DNA of 62,980 bases, counting the filler, from Choristocarpus tenellus KU-1152 (taxonomy: Eukaryota > Protista > Phaeophyceae), in NCBI GenBank assembly GCA_964200185.2. It is 6 parts of 6 records of this genome, joined end to end, with 100 filler letters (N's around TTAATTAATTAA, not from the genome) between each part and the next. Parts side by side here need not be neighbours in the genome. Positions count along the whole stretch, not along the records: positions 37,118 to 45,653 come from CAXNAD020004607.1; positions 45,754 to 62,980 come from CAXNAD020000700.1; 4 more parts are not named here. One strand, 5' to 3'. A program made the position numbers and the translations under genes. The notes beneath the pieces were generated by a model, which was not told the origin of the DNA, made no database searches, and was given only the letters and a program-made list of their open reading frames with translations. Below, piece after piece: positions 39,575-54,100 of the stretch (its first letter is position 1; each line of letters starts with the position of its first letter).

Positions 39575-42500
39575 CTAGTAGTGCAAAATATAAGATTGCG
39601 CAATCGAAAAAACCCCCAAAAACTCCTGTCTTGTATCACACAGTTTGTAGCGCCTCCGATCGACCGCGAGTCAGGATCATATCATCCATAACTAATGTGG
39701 GACACATAAAAAATAAAAGATAAAAATCAATACGAACCTTGACCTTGGAGACACCATGCCTTGCTAAAATTACTCTTGATTTCGTTTCCAAAAAAAAGTG
39801 TGTAGGCGTTTCAACATACAGCAACGTAAAGGAAAATTTAATGGATTGCGCAATTGAAGGCAAGCGCGACAAACTCTCCCTACTAATATCAACCCACCAC
39901 CAAAACTAAAAAATACCGGATTTGACCAGTAACAATCTCTTAGGAGACAGTATTGTCGTAAGTTTTCAAATATTGCACATTTTAGGTATCTTAGCATCGG
40001 TAGCTATTATTACCCACCGTTGTTCTTGCCATATAGTTTGGTCTCTGTTCTCTCCCCCCCTTTCACATGTCTACAAATTTCCGAGGGCAAAATAATATAA
40101 TTTTACGGTAACTGTTACGTTCTCACAGGTACTTGCGATATTGGTTTGACCATCTCCCTCACACATCTACAAAATGTCAGGGATCATAATAATATATATA
40201 ATACATCACATTGGGATATATTACATTGATTGGCATCATCACTTAACGGAGCAGTATGACACTATGCGTTTACTCCCAATAGTAAAGGAATTTCCAAATA
40301 TACTAACGTCAGCACCTTTCTCTCGGTTTACCGTACTGCCCACTAAACCGAATCCTGCCTGTTACCACTGTTTGCACTATAATACTATTGTTATTCTGTT
40401 GGAGCAATCACTCACGCGACTATCTGTGTCCCGGTGAAACTGTGGTATATTGGTGTTTGACAAAAATCAGATACTGGGAACCTACCCAGCGTAATCTGTC
40501 CCCCATCACCCCTAATTAATCACACACTCTCCTCAAGCAGTCATCTCAACCTTTGCGTTCCCGTCCTTGAACCCCTTTCTCACCTTATCATCTCACTCTG
40601 GGGAGTCAGGAAAGCAGATTTCTTGAAATAGAAAACAAACCTAGAGAGGGCTGGCCTTCATGGAAGCAGGTATGTCATCTCCAAAGTGGGAATAAAAACC
40701 GATACCAACACAAAACCAAATGTTTGAGGTGGAGGGCAGTATCTCAAGTGCTTGACAAAATAAGAGACTGGGATCAGCCCCAGGTGGTCTGCTTTCTCGA
40801 CTCCTTAAGGATATTGGATAATTCTTCCTCTCAACCTGCGCTTCGCTGGTGCTTTATTTCTCGAAGTCGTCTCACCTTTCTGACCAGGGTTAACAACGTT
40901 TTGAGTTGATTGCGCTTCCTTCTTGTCCACCATTTTGGCGTGACCCTACATCTCTGTTCACCCCCCAACACAGATTGGCGTGAGTACCACAGTTAAGGAG
41001 CCTGGTTCTGTGTGATGGGGGGTGATGAGAATCACCAGAGATGAGGTTCAGAAAGGAAGTTAGAGATGAGGGTGAGGCATGCTGGGCCATGTGGATCAAT
41101 CTCCACTGTGATCAATTGTGACCAACAAAGGTTAGGTGGTTTTGACACCACTCTTCATGTTGGGGCTAGCGTGAGCCAATCGTATGTCTAACCCACACCC
41201 ATCCCTCCTACCCTCCACACATATGCCAATGACAATAATTTTAATGATGTAATAATAATAACAACAATAACAATAATTTTGGAGGTTGTGATCCTTTTTG
41301 GTGCCAGACTTCTTTTCACTGGTACCTCTTGTGATTATACTAATCCACATGGCAAGCTGTACTATCCTGTCTGTGCTATTCAACAAAAGAGTCACAGCAA
41401 GACAAGGTGAAAACTTTGAGGTGAATCCAGCACAAGATTCAAGGGTGATGAGCATTGGGAGTGATGAGTGTTGGGAGTGGTGAGGACAATTTGTGACAAG
41501 TACTATGATTGGTGTGATCAGTTGTTGTGCGACTGTTAGTAGATAATACACAATAATGCTGTGTGTAGCACCTCTGACCAAGAGTTGGGATCATCTCTGA
41601 CTAATATGATGGAAACAACAATAATATTAATAACCATTATAACTTAAAAGAGTAGCAAGGATAGGGTTACATTTTGTCAGAATTCGCTATTGGATACGTG
41701 GAGGTGGAGTTTCAAGGCCACAGCAAGTAAACATTGGAGTAAACCTCCGTTTTTTTTATGCACATGTAGGGTGCTGCCTGACCTGAGTGGCAAGTTGTGC
41801 TGGAGAACCTCTAAAGTTGTCTCAAGTGCTGCTCTGTTGTAGGTTTTCGCTCTTGGTGCAAAGTGATCATGTGGCATCCGACTGACCCGCATAGAATCAT
41901 AGAATGAAACATGAAATTCTATGTATTTTGAAAACAGTGCCCATGAACTGTGACTGTAATATTTTATGGTTACATTTTATAATAGGTATGTTGAAGTGAA
42001 TTGTAGTTTGACTCTCTTTGACTAGAGTGAAGAGGTCATACTCATCTACATGAAGCAAATGACTCATTTGACCTGCTGAAAGAACAAACCATGAGTTGAA
42101 TTTCTTTGCCATCACTTTCCATAGGTATATTTTGTTTTTCTCCTGAGCAATCTAAATAGAGCCAGAAGCTGTGCAAATAAAAACAGAAGTGTGTAAGTCT
42201 GATTGGAGTTGGGCCTATTATAGGGGGGGCACTACAGGGCCCTTACTTTAGACTCCTTGGTGAAATTGACAGGACTCCTCACCAGGCCAGGTACTTGTGA
42301 AAGGTCTGGGTCCAGATCAAAATTTCAAAACTCTGGTCTTGAGTTCACTAAGGTTTCTGAAAGGTCTGCTCCAGATTGCAGCCTAGTTTCATGCGCCTCT
42401 CAAAGGTTTAGTCCCAGCCAATTACATTTTTGAAACACTTGATCCAAACTGTGGCCTGGTTTACGCCTATTTTCTCTGATTTTTCTCCAAGACCTCGTCC

Positions 42501-45500
42501 AAACTATGGTCTGGCTAACTCCTAGGCTGACCCGCCTCTAACATCAGTCCTGTTGATAGGGGTGTTAAGCACACACGTTGTTTGTGGCTTGAAAATAGTC
42601 TTGAAGCACTTGTTCTCCTTGTATACTCTTGGTGTTTACTGCATGTGATACGCACTGACAAGTGCTTTCATCCATGTATGATGACTCTGTGGTGTATATG
42701 GTATTGTTGTTATTGTTTCAGTTTCTGTTCCTCATTACATTATATTTTGTTGTGTGCACCTTTTCTGTCTAATCTAGTGCATCCTACTTAGTTCCTAGTC
42801 AATCAGGGCTGAATTCTTTGTGGGGGATGTACAGGTTGATTGCAGTAAGGGGGAAAATACATTTCAGAAGTCTGACATTTGACACATGAACCATTATTCA
42901 CTTCATGTGTAAGCACAGGAGACCACTTTCTTTAGCTTAGGTTAAAAGGGGAGGATGCAACCGTGAAGGGAACACACCCGTGTAATAATCAAAACCACTA
43001 TATCAACAATGTTGAATGGTGGTTTAATAAGAGTCAGAAGAAATTAGATCCCATGAAAGTGAGAGTGGTATGTTGTACATTCTACTTAAATGAATCCAAG
43101 TGCATTGCATGCAGGTTTGTAATTTTGAGACCAGAGTCGGGCGTATATTGAAAGATTTTATAGGTTTACACGAAATATTTCTAAATCTGAATATATGTAT
43201 ATATGGGAGTACTTAAATATGTTGTGGTCCCCCCGTTGATTTAAATGCTGATGCTATTGAAAATTTCCGTTTTCCCTTGACTACAATTATTTTGTACCTT
43301 GTGTTTTATAAAATATCTGATAGTAATAATGCATGATTCTTTCTATATCTCTAACTTGGGTGACAGAGTATTTTTGATATCAGGTATTTTATCACAGATC
43401 TTTTCAAGACAATTATGGCACCAGTTCCTTAAAAAGACATCTGTGATTCTGCCGAGTCTACATTATATTCTTCTGTTGTTTATGCACCTGATTTTTATGC
43501 CTAAAGTAACTTGTTAATTGAATATGCGAATTACATCTTCACTTCATCACTAATGGTGTAGGTCTAAGCCTGTTACATTTAGTGAAGTAAAATACTTCTC
43601 ATCCTCTCACCCCTTGAATCCCATACAAATAACAGGTACAAACTGCAGTGGTCGTAACTTTCCTGGTAAATTCGTTTCTCCATTTGAATTTCAGAATGAC
43701 TTTGAAGAAGAAATTTTAATGTTTCTAATCGAAACATTGGGTTAGTATCTGTCAAACTGGCTCAAACATTTTCAATGCATTGCTGAGAATTGAAAGGTAG
43801 GTGCAGTGTGGGGATCAGGGTGGCAAAGCACTGATTGCCTCAGGGCTCTATGTGAAGAGCTCACATATGCTCTAAAAAATACCAATCGAATATTATCCCC
43901 CAATTTTTCATGTCAAACATTTTCAAATTAATTGAACAATTGTCATTCAATTATTGTGATTCACAACCCGAGGTTTAATATCACTGTATTGAAATTCAAA
44001 ATTGAAAATTTCTATTCTTTTTGATTGGAGGGTTTCTCGACATCAAATGGAGATCAAAATCTCCTTTGCATGAAATGATATGTATAGACACCGCAAACCT
44101 CCGTTGGTCCACTGTCGCAAGGACTCTCCCCTCTGTAGACTCGTATGAAGCCTTTAGGAATGGCTTTTTTCAGACCGAGCTTGAGTGGTCTCCCATAAGC
44201 AAAGGGTGTTTGGTCTCTGATAGACAAAGTGTGTATCGTCCCTGAAGATATCTTGATCCCTGTTGTTCATAGTGAATGGCAGTTTTCTCTGTGGCACATA
44301 CATGACTAGGTCCCAAAATGACTTTTGTTTTGGCCTTTTGAAAAGGGTTAAATGTTTGAGGATCAAGGCAGTCGTACCAAAATTGAACAAACCTCAGTAG
44401 CAAGTAACTCTGTGTCTAAAAAGGGTTTTGGTTTAGTTGGGCAGTACGAATAAGACCACTTAATTATTTTGTTTGTGTAGGTATCATATTATCATACCAA
44501 TCTGTCAACCACCTCCATCTGTGGAAATCAAGAGATTTACAAGAAAGTCCATGGTCTGTCATCCAAAGGAGTCTCCTGACTCCAGTACTAACTGAAGATA
44601 CCTTTAAATGTAGCCTATTGCTTCACAGGGAAGGATGGATAACTGTAATTACCATAAAAAGAAATGTCTCTATGACAAAAACTCTCGCATCCAAGGAGTT
44701 TGAAGTCATGAATTGTTTGCGGAATTGTGAACTGGCTCTATTATTCCACCATAAATTTGCATGAAAAAAACATGAAAAACATGTGCAGTGAAGAAATTTA
44801 ATAATAATACGCATGCAAAAAATTTCCTTTAATCGTGCAAAACCTAATCTATGCCATAGCTAGAACACAGATCTTGTTTTGGGGGGTGAGTATAAGACAT
44901 GTGTGGAAAAAACTCAAAGAGTGCTCCATTCCTCTCCCAAGAAAGCAGTAATTCGACTTATTTAAAAGCTTTTGTATGTTCCACCAAAAAATTGCTAACA
45001 CAGTTAGACTCAAACCAAAGAGCAAACTGAAAACATTGAAAAATACAAGCTCACCTCAAGTACCAAGAGCTTGTTAAGATGTTGAATTGAGTGCATTTTG
45101 GAGTCCAACTTCAACTTCTCCAACTGCTTTCACAAGTACACAGAGGACAGAAGGCAGAGGTTCCTACCTCTCATCCTCCTCAAATAAAAATTTCGATCGT
45201 TATGAGCAGCCCCATGAAGCCAGCCAGTAAGCTCTTATGCTCCAAGTTTATACCTGTGTAGATTGTAGACCAGACCAAGGTTTTCATAATACGTTGGCGT
45301 TAGTATTTATTCTGTTTGGTTGGACTTTGGACAAAATAGGCTGGTAGGTAGTCTGTAGGTTTTTTGTAAGATTTTTGATAGCGAGTAGCATGTAATAAAC
45401 CTGTTAGCTGAGTGGCTTAATTGTCAATCACTTACCTCTGCTCGGCCGGAGTGATGGGTTTGAGTCTGGGCTCCACAGAAGTGCGGGACACATCTACACC

Positions 45501-46946
45501 GCTCGACACTGGCAAGGACCTCACTGCAGCAACAGCTATCACCCGCACCTGCACCTTCAGAAACATGAGTTGGTCAAGGATGCTGGTGTAGGGGTAGATA
45601 GTGGGATTTAGTTCCTCCTTGTTGTCATGCCTGGCAGTGAGGTCCATACCAGGNNNNNNNNNNNNNNNNNNNNNNNNNNNNNNNNNNNNNNNNNNNNTTA
45701 ATTAATTAANNNNNNNNNNNNNNNNNNNNNNNNNNNNNNNNNNNNNNNNNNNNGTTCCCCCCACCCCCCCTCCCCCCCCTTTTATTCCTGCAGTGGTAGG
45801 AGGTGAGGCTACTGTGCTGTCTGTTGGCACTGGTCTATTATTAACGATAGTGTTCTGAATGGAAGGATTTGGTCTATAATATACAGGGTTTTTTTTCAGG
45901 TCAAGAAGTTTCTCGATTTACTTACGTAGAGTAACATTAATGGAGATGTTTGAGGCGGAGTGCTGAGCGCCGCAGTGCACCACGAGGAAATTTCTAACGG
46001 AGTGCACAGCATTATCGTGACCTGGGAAATAGTAACAAAATCTAAATCTGGCCCCTCCACTCTCTGTGTGTTGATTGTTGCCAGTTGATGCGGCGACCAA
46101 TACCTTTAGAATGAGAGTATTGTGGATGATTGCTCTTTCTTGTTTGTCCTTCAAAGTTCCGGCAATCCGTGCGGCTCCACCAATCAGTCTGCTTTGCTTT
46201 GTTCCTCGACCAATGACGTTGCTGATCCTTGTGTGTGGATTGTTATGTTAGGCCACCCAACGGAAGTGGTCACCTCTCCGAGATGGGGGCTATGGAACGC
46301 CACCTGAATATCCAGGCGTAGTGAAGGAGCTGGTTTGGTCGTATGGCTTTCCAGTGGCAAGGTGAAGTCAACAGTTGGACCTTTTTCCTACGCCTCCTAC
46401 CCTCCCCACAAACGCCCGCTTTTTTAGTGCTGCACGAGTCGTTCTTGTTGATTAAATTTGACTAGAATTTTTTTTTGCTTACGCAAGCTGTTACATTTTT
46501 GACCAGTTCTTGATATTGTGAATCATTGCCAGAGATAACGTTCGTTTTTCTTTTTTTTGCCTGTTCTTAGGAATAATTTTTTGCTATTTAACGAAAATTA
46601 TAATTAATTTGGTAGTTTTTTCTTTTCTTCTTCTACTCAGTTGTTCTGTGTGTTACATGAAAATGTGTGTACAAGATGGACACTACAAAATGAAAACTTG
46701 GAATTCAAGCACATTTATGATGATGGCCAGGGACTCCCCTGCCCCTCCTGCACAGTAGCCCAATTACCTCGAGGACCATGAAGCAGGAGGTGAATCATCA
46801 CCTACCTGAGACGCTCAGCCTCGATGGAACCAACTTATCGGCTGAGCAGACTCTGTGCCAAGCAGCAATTCACAGAATACCTGACCCACCTTGTGCCTGC
46901 TTTGCAAGCTAGATGTCTCCGATGATTCCAGTGAAGTGCTCAGTGA

Positions 46947-46977
<31 letters not shown>

Positions 46978-49900
46978 TTTTAAGTAATAAATATATTATT
47001 ATTATTTTATTTTTTTTCTTCTCATTTCTAACTTTGCGTTGAAGGACAACAGTCCCAACTGACCAGTCTCGATATCCGTTGCCCTCTGTCTGGCATGTAT
47101 TGCAGGGTACTGTCAGCCTATGATTTGGTTGGAGATAACTTGGATGACATGCTGGTTCTCCTTACATCTGAAGCCTTCCAGCCCGTGGTTGGATCCTCTT
47201 CATCCTCTTCCCCTCCTTCAACCTCGATGGGTGCTTCCTCGAGTTGTCCAAGTCCCACCAGCTCTGCTTGCTGGCGCACATGACCCACCGTTCTGTGAAC
47301 TTTGCATGGGTGGGGGGCCAGGGCCACAGGGGCTGAGGTTAGCTGTTGGTGTTTGTGGATTGCTGCTTGAGCGTGGTTTGCCACACACAAATAAGGAGTT
47401 GGTGCCGTTGCTTGTATATAGCGGCTGGTTGGACCATTTCTGTGGGAACTGTACTGTGTGAGGTGGTTTGTTTTGTGGGGTGAAATGAGTGGAAGATTTT
47501 TCGGCGCTGCTGTTGTAACTGTTGTAACCGTTGCAGCAGGAGGTTGTTGTTCTTTTGGTGTTTATGGGAAGGAAGAAAAAAGGTAGAGTTAAGTATTTTT
47601 CTGGTACTAATATAAACTACCTTTGTTTGTATTTCATTCTTAGAGGAGGCGTTTGTGTGCGTGTCGCCTTGCACTCATTCTGAGGGTGACTGTTGTGGGA
47701 TATGTTCGGCCGGGTATGTTGTTTGTGAGAGGGGGGGAGAGGAGGGGAGAGGAGGGGTGGGAAGCGGGGGAGGTTAAAGGTGAAAAGTCTTCTTTTGCAC
47801 TCTTTGCCTAAGAAAAATTGGCAAGGTGGCATTAGTAAGAGGGAGTGGTGAGGAGTGGGCAGTGACAGATTGGGATGTGGCCTGGCTCGATGATTCTGGC
47901 CAGTTGGTGAGGAGACCAATTGAGGATTGGAACTTGGCATGAAAATAGCTCTATTAGCAGTGTAAACTGTATCAAGCTGGGTCACTGAGATGTGTAAGGG
48001 GATGAGATGAGGTGTATATGAAGGGTGCTTGTGTGGGATCAGGAAGGAATAGTCTTGAAGGAAGTATGGGATGTGACTTAACATCAAGGTTTGGAAGGCG
48101 AAAGGTCTTGAACCGGCTCTCTGAAGGGCAAAGGGTGAACGCCATGTGTGTGTGTCTTCCTGGCTTGATGTGTTGATTTTGCCGCTTGGCTTCTCATCCT
48201 TATGCTATAGCCCTTGGTGGATTAGTTCCTTGGTGAGATGAGGTGGGCTTGAGGGAGTAGTCGTGTTGATGTGTTTGCTGTGCTTGGGAATTGAATAGTT
48301 TTTTTTGTTGTTGTTGTGTGATTTGACATGGGACCTTGCATGATATGAGGGGTAGATATAGGATTTGTTTCTCTTTCTTGAGGAGAAGAGAGTGGCTCCG
48401 CTTAGGTTACGACAGGTCTTAAAGGTGTTGTAAGTAGCAGCGGTTGAGAAGAGGGATGTGGTGAAGACTTCCCCCGCCATTATCTGCGATGAGCCTTGTA
48501 CTCTCTTTGTGTTGCGGACTACTCTTCTTGCCTACACAAGCAAGCGAAAAAATTGAGAAGAATGCAGTGTACTCTGCCTAGTTCCCCATGGTGGGGGGTG
48601 GAGGGTGGGACGAGTGTCATGAGGAGGGATGATGTGCTTGTTGAGGGGTAGGGGGTGGGAGGGGTTTTATCCAGGTCTTGTGCCATGCCTTGCTGAAAGG
48701 TGGCGTGTTGAGACTATTCTTGGTGCAGTTTTGAAGGGGATGGATCTATTATACATGTATATTTTGTAAAGGAGAAAGTGGCGGCGTTATTGTTGTGGTT
48801 GTTGTTGCAGCTGCCCGTTTTTTCGTTTTTTTTTCTGAAGTGAGAGGGATGTACGCTTGGTTGGTGATAGTGTATGATGCTGCTTGCTTGGCAAAGTAGA
48901 TGATGACACCTGAGGTTGACTGATCCGATTGGTCGATTTTTAGGTGGAGAGTGTGATGTTGATGATGAAGTGTGCGTAATAAACTGCCGTGGAAGCAACA
49001 AAAAAAAAATGCTGTTTTATGGTGGTGACGGTATAATGGTGATCTTTACACAAAAGTCAAATATGTGTAATTTTCTGTGCTGCTTTCCAGCGGATATTAT
49101 GTAACCTACAACTACTGAGGAATTCTGCCTTTGTATATTGTTGTTGTGCCTCTAACCAGTAAAATCATCGACCACTAGTGTATTTATGGACTTTAACTTT
49201 CCATCTTTTGTGTGGTTCTCACTTGTCCCTATCATATATTATTGTGTCCTCTGACATTTTGCAGATGTGCCAGGTGAAAAACTAATGAAAACTTTTCACA
49301 TGTCTTCAAAAATCCCTGAAGAAGTAGCAGTTGCCTCAAAAGTGAAAAAAGTTTGTATCTATTTCCTATTTTACAACTGCCTATTATGTTTTACCATCGC
49401 CTTCCAGTGTCTAGGTCCATATTATTATTTATCGAACTTCATCTTCTGTGAGGTTCTCTCTTTTTATCGTTACTTACTTACCCCATACTTACTTCAAGTT
49501 AGTATGGAGTATCTATGTAACTACACAATACTTATCACTCGTTTGTATTTTGAAGTACTCTGTATATTTACTTCTTTCCCTTCATTAAATATGTATCAAG
49601 TCTATGAATTATTATTATACCCTCGGACATTTTGAAGACGTCAGTACAAAAACAAGTCTATCGAGTCTTATAATTTTATTATTATTCCCTTTGACATTTT
49701 CCATATATGTGCGAGGGAAAAATCAACAAAAATGTCAGAATAAAACCTAAAAAAGTAACAGTTCTCATAAATGTGAAGAACATTAATCTATTCGCTATTT
49801 TATTATCAGTTGTCCTACACAGTTCCCTTCTAGTATATATTTGTGCTGTATGGCACCGAATGTATTTCTCTGTTCACCCTGGAGTATGTGTTTCTTGGGG

Positions 49901-51168
49901 GGGGATAGGAGAATCCACATCCATGTGAGGGGAGGGGGGAGGAGGAAACACCACATAAATTTAGACATGCTATTGCCTTTGAAAGGTCTTGTTGTGAAGA
50001 GTGGTGGTGGTGGGTGAACCTCCATTTTCGAACAGGCGTGTGTTGTGTGCGAGCATCGCAGCTTCCTGCTTTCTTATTCGTTAAGCTGCTCAAACAAATT
50101 TCTACCCCCCCCTACCTTGGACGTAGACACTCATTGAACACACATAAGGGCTCAATCAAGCCTACTCTCAGTTTTCCCTCCAGATATCTTGTTTGTACTT
50201 GTCTACAGGTCACAGGTTGAGGTTCAGTTAATAAGAAAGAAAAAAATGATATTGCGAGGTACAGATTCAAGTGGATATTTTACATAGTGTAACAGTTAAC
50301 TTATGTAAACACGTTCGTTATTTTTTCAATCTTCCACATACATCCAGTAAGATTATTCCTCACAAACGCGTCCACAGGCATTCCAGACACTCATTCGTAC
50401 ATGATAGGGATACACAGACCACTGGCAAATCCATCCCAAAATACATAATTCCTCTCTACCATTCTCGGTATTAATCATATGTACTACGTACGCACTTTAT
50501 GCCTTGGGAGCGCACAACAAGTATTATGGAAGGCACTGTCGACTGTTCAAACAACATGACTTGGCTGTGTCCCTCTCAGGCTCTGTCAGTCCTTCCCAAT
50601 TCGATGCTGACTGCTGGGGGAGTAGACCGGTCACACACAAGAGGAGTTCTGTTTAGGCATAGATGATTTGAAAGGGTGCTAACTTTCGAGTTTTATGTTT
50701 TCGTTTGGGAGAAAACATACCCCCTCTTTCCCCCAGCGTGTCATGAACACCCCCATAGATTATAAATAATAAACCAACCTACACCTTATTTGATTGTGTT
50801 GTGTTGTGCAGCTCCTAACTTGTTAAGGAGCACTCTATGGTACTAATAGAATCGTATATCACTCATTTTGATGGCGGCATCTCGGTGAGCTCACTGTCTC
50901 TAACATGTGGCATCTGGTGGTGATAGAGAGGGTGGGAGGGGGACATATCACTCTGGAGTAAATGATAACTATTCATACGACTGAGAGCTTCAATCAGGAA
51001 CAGCAAAAAAATGCCCTGGAGGTAATCCTGCCTCTTTGCAGTGCTTGCTTCCTTACATCTGGACAGCTCACACAATTGTTGAAAAAATGCAATTCAGGAG
51101 GTGTTGGTTGGGTAGGTGGTGGGCAGGACAGCCGTGTAGACTGGTTGCAGATGGGGAATTCCGACCTC

Positions 51169-54100
51169 CTAGGTAACACTCCACAGACTTCTTGTTGACG
51201 CCCCACTAGGTAAAGCCTCAACTGCCAGACCCAGGACGGGATCAAAAACCACCTAATGGGGGGGGAAATGATATGTCTTGTCATGTTGGGTATGGGAGTG
51301 AGGTTATAACCTAAAGTTAGAAGCGTGAATATCTTTTTCCAACTGTCATACGCGTACACTACTCACTTCTTGATTACTGAAAGGACTGGATATCGCGTGC
51401 CATGTGTTTTACTTAGTTGTTTATTTCCGGGGAATGCTGATAAGTTTTGTTATCCAGAAACAGCCCTATGTGATACCGACTTTACTCATTACCTGCTTAG
51501 CAGGTGGAGAAGGTGGAAGGCATCGTCTCTCTTTTCCTGCTCTAGTTTTGCTTTTCTGCAAAGCTCTGGTTCACAGATACTAAGCAAGTGCTGCTGCTAT
51601 GCAATGTATCCATGGGCACTTGCTGCAAGGATTAATTACGATGATGTCTTGTCTGTTCTACGTCCCCTTTGTGAGATAAGTACATGAGGTGGAGGGGAGG
51701 TCCTGCTGCCAATATTTCCAACAACATTTGGAGGGGTTAGTGTTCACCACCTTCAAAGGGGTAGCCGTAACCAACAGAAAACCATGCGAATCACAAAGAT
51801 GGCAGGCAATGTCTATTCAGTGCACATGGGGGGGAGGAGGAGAAAACCTATTGGTCTAGGTCTGTAATGGTCGAAGTATTAGCGATGGTTTACAGACACT
51901 ACTGGTTGATGTGATCCCCTTCCCCTGGGTGATGCATCATAAACGATTCACCTTAATACTTTTGCATTTTCTTTTCACGCTGTTTTCTCGGAAAATTATT
52001 ATTTGTATGTTTGCAGGTGTCACATCCCGAAAATCGTAAACGCGTTCCATGATCCCTCCTAGCCAAACCATCCTCCCTCATCAGCTGAGATGTTAACTGC
52101 GTATGGAGGCTTGTATGACAGGTTAAAGTTGCCGTAGGGTATGAAGAAAACCTCGTGTGTACGATACTTTAAACTGAGGTGTGGAACCCCCTTGTTTTTT
52201 TGTTATTTTCCAGTCTGTTCAAATCAAGTGTGCGCGTATAGTGACATGCGCGTAGAAATAGCCTGCTTCTTGCGCGCTTGGAGTACATACATGTAAATAT
52301 GACAAAACCCCTATACTGTGTAGATTACATAATGTACATGCGAAACTTGACCTCACGTATATAACATCTTACTTCACCAGAAAGGGTGCTCAAAATTTGG
52401 TCAGGATATCGCAAATTCCTGCCCTCTCGGCTTGGTCGGAAATCGAAATAGAATGAAGAAAATGCATTGCCTCGTGAATCTCCTTAGAATGAACACACAG
52501 CCACAGCTCTTTCGTAGGGTTGGATGGATATCGTTGAAGGTTCGCATCTCTCCGCCCCCTACACAGTGCCACTGCCTGTTGAAGGAAACGAATTCCCACC
52601 TCTCTGTCAGTTGCCTTGTTAGGCTCAGCAAAGTAAGAAGCGAAGGCATCCCCCTCCTCATATCCTTCTTCGTCATCCACAATCTCCACGTCATCCTCCA
52701 CATGCACTATGCTCCTCTGCTCTATAGCTGGTGCCTATGGGGGGATGGTGAACGATACAAAAACGTGAAACTGAGGCTGAGTTGATTGGGACGTACATAC
52801 GGTTCATAAATGAGCCAATCTATCTTAGAAGGAGTTGTTGAGGAGTAGTTGGGACCTCTGTGACTGACTTTTTGGAATACTTGCTTCTGGTACTCTCTAG
52901 GGAGAGGTTTCACACTTCTAGGCTGTACACGAACTTTTGTCGCCTCTTCTACATCAACATCGTCCTACAGGGGGGCCTGGGTTCATTTCAGGCGTGGGAA
53001 ATGGGGTGTCTAGCAAAGAACTAAAAAAGATCCTAAATACTCTAAAGTCCCTAAATAGACCCCCCCTTGAGATGGATGGCCCAATACAGTAACTGAGGAG
53101 GATCAAAGTAAACCAGAGTTACCCAGATTTTGGCCATTTTGATCCAAAGCATTTCAGAGGGTAGGGGTTTACCCCTGTTTGTCCATTCAGGGCTTGACTT
53201 CCTGCAGGTTTTTGAAGCCCTTTTTTCGGTTTTCTGTGGACACAGTTACCTAATCCGAAACATTTTGGAGTAGTTACAATGTATACGACTATGAAAGGTG
53301 TGACTCAAAGTATCCGGGGGGGGGGGGTGACGGTTGTCCATTTTAGGTCCACTTTTGCATGTCGCGATTTTTGGGTGATTTAGTTGCATGCGTCAGATGG
53401 ATAATGTAAGCGCACTTCTCCTGGTCAGGGTCCAAATGGACACCCTGGTGTCGCCCTCGCAACTCCTCCAGATACTTTAAGCCTGTGTCCAGAGCAAGGA
53501 TATTGACACTTGCTATCAACTACGATAACCAGAATTCATCAAAATTACAATGTTGGATTTAAAACTCCGAACAGATGCGACCCTACCCTCTTGAATGTTT
53601 TGGGTCTTTGCATTTTAAGGATGCTGACAAATATGTGGAGATTTCGGTCTTCGTTACAATCGTGTTCAGGATATTTTATGAGTTCTGTCGAAAGTTCTCA
53701 AACAATTTAGAAATCAACACTCTCAAGTCAAACTTAGCACTTCATCCATAGAAATACGGTTAAATAGCAAAATATTGAAAAACCGGCTTAAAATGCAAAA
53801 CGACCAAAGAACCGGATACCTCTCGTTTACTCTGTCTCGGGGGTAGGATTGATAGGGAAGGTAGATGTAATTAATGGATCGAGAGAGGAGTATTGTTCAG
53901 GAAAAGGTTGGTGCTTGTTATGGTGCACGTGTGATCCATTTTTTAGGTTAGGCGGAGGGGGAACAACAGCTTCTAGGGTCTATATCCATGGAAGGGAGCG
54001 AAGCATGATGAGTGCCATGCCAATCATGGAGTAAGCAATACGAGAGTAGTGTGACAAACACAGTAATCCAGCAGCAAACTCAATTTCAGAGAGGGGTGTT

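Noticed and set aside
40600-44450. Short ORFs as viral or transposase genes
   Set aside because: No diagnostic motifs were found by eye in any frame.
45056-45653. Minus-strand gene starting at the contig edge (exon-like 45653-45436 with a GTAAGT donor)
   Set aside because: The next candidate exon (~45253-45056) has stops in all frames and there is no recognisable homology.
24415-45753. Repeated TTAATTAATTAA motif within N runs as a biological repeat
   Set aside because: Synthetic six-frame-stop linker used to concatenate contigs.
47600-48700. Decayed Gypsy integrase C-terminus on the minus strand (AATYNT..., IKPG...)
   Set aside because: The motif resemblance is too weak to support without a profile search.
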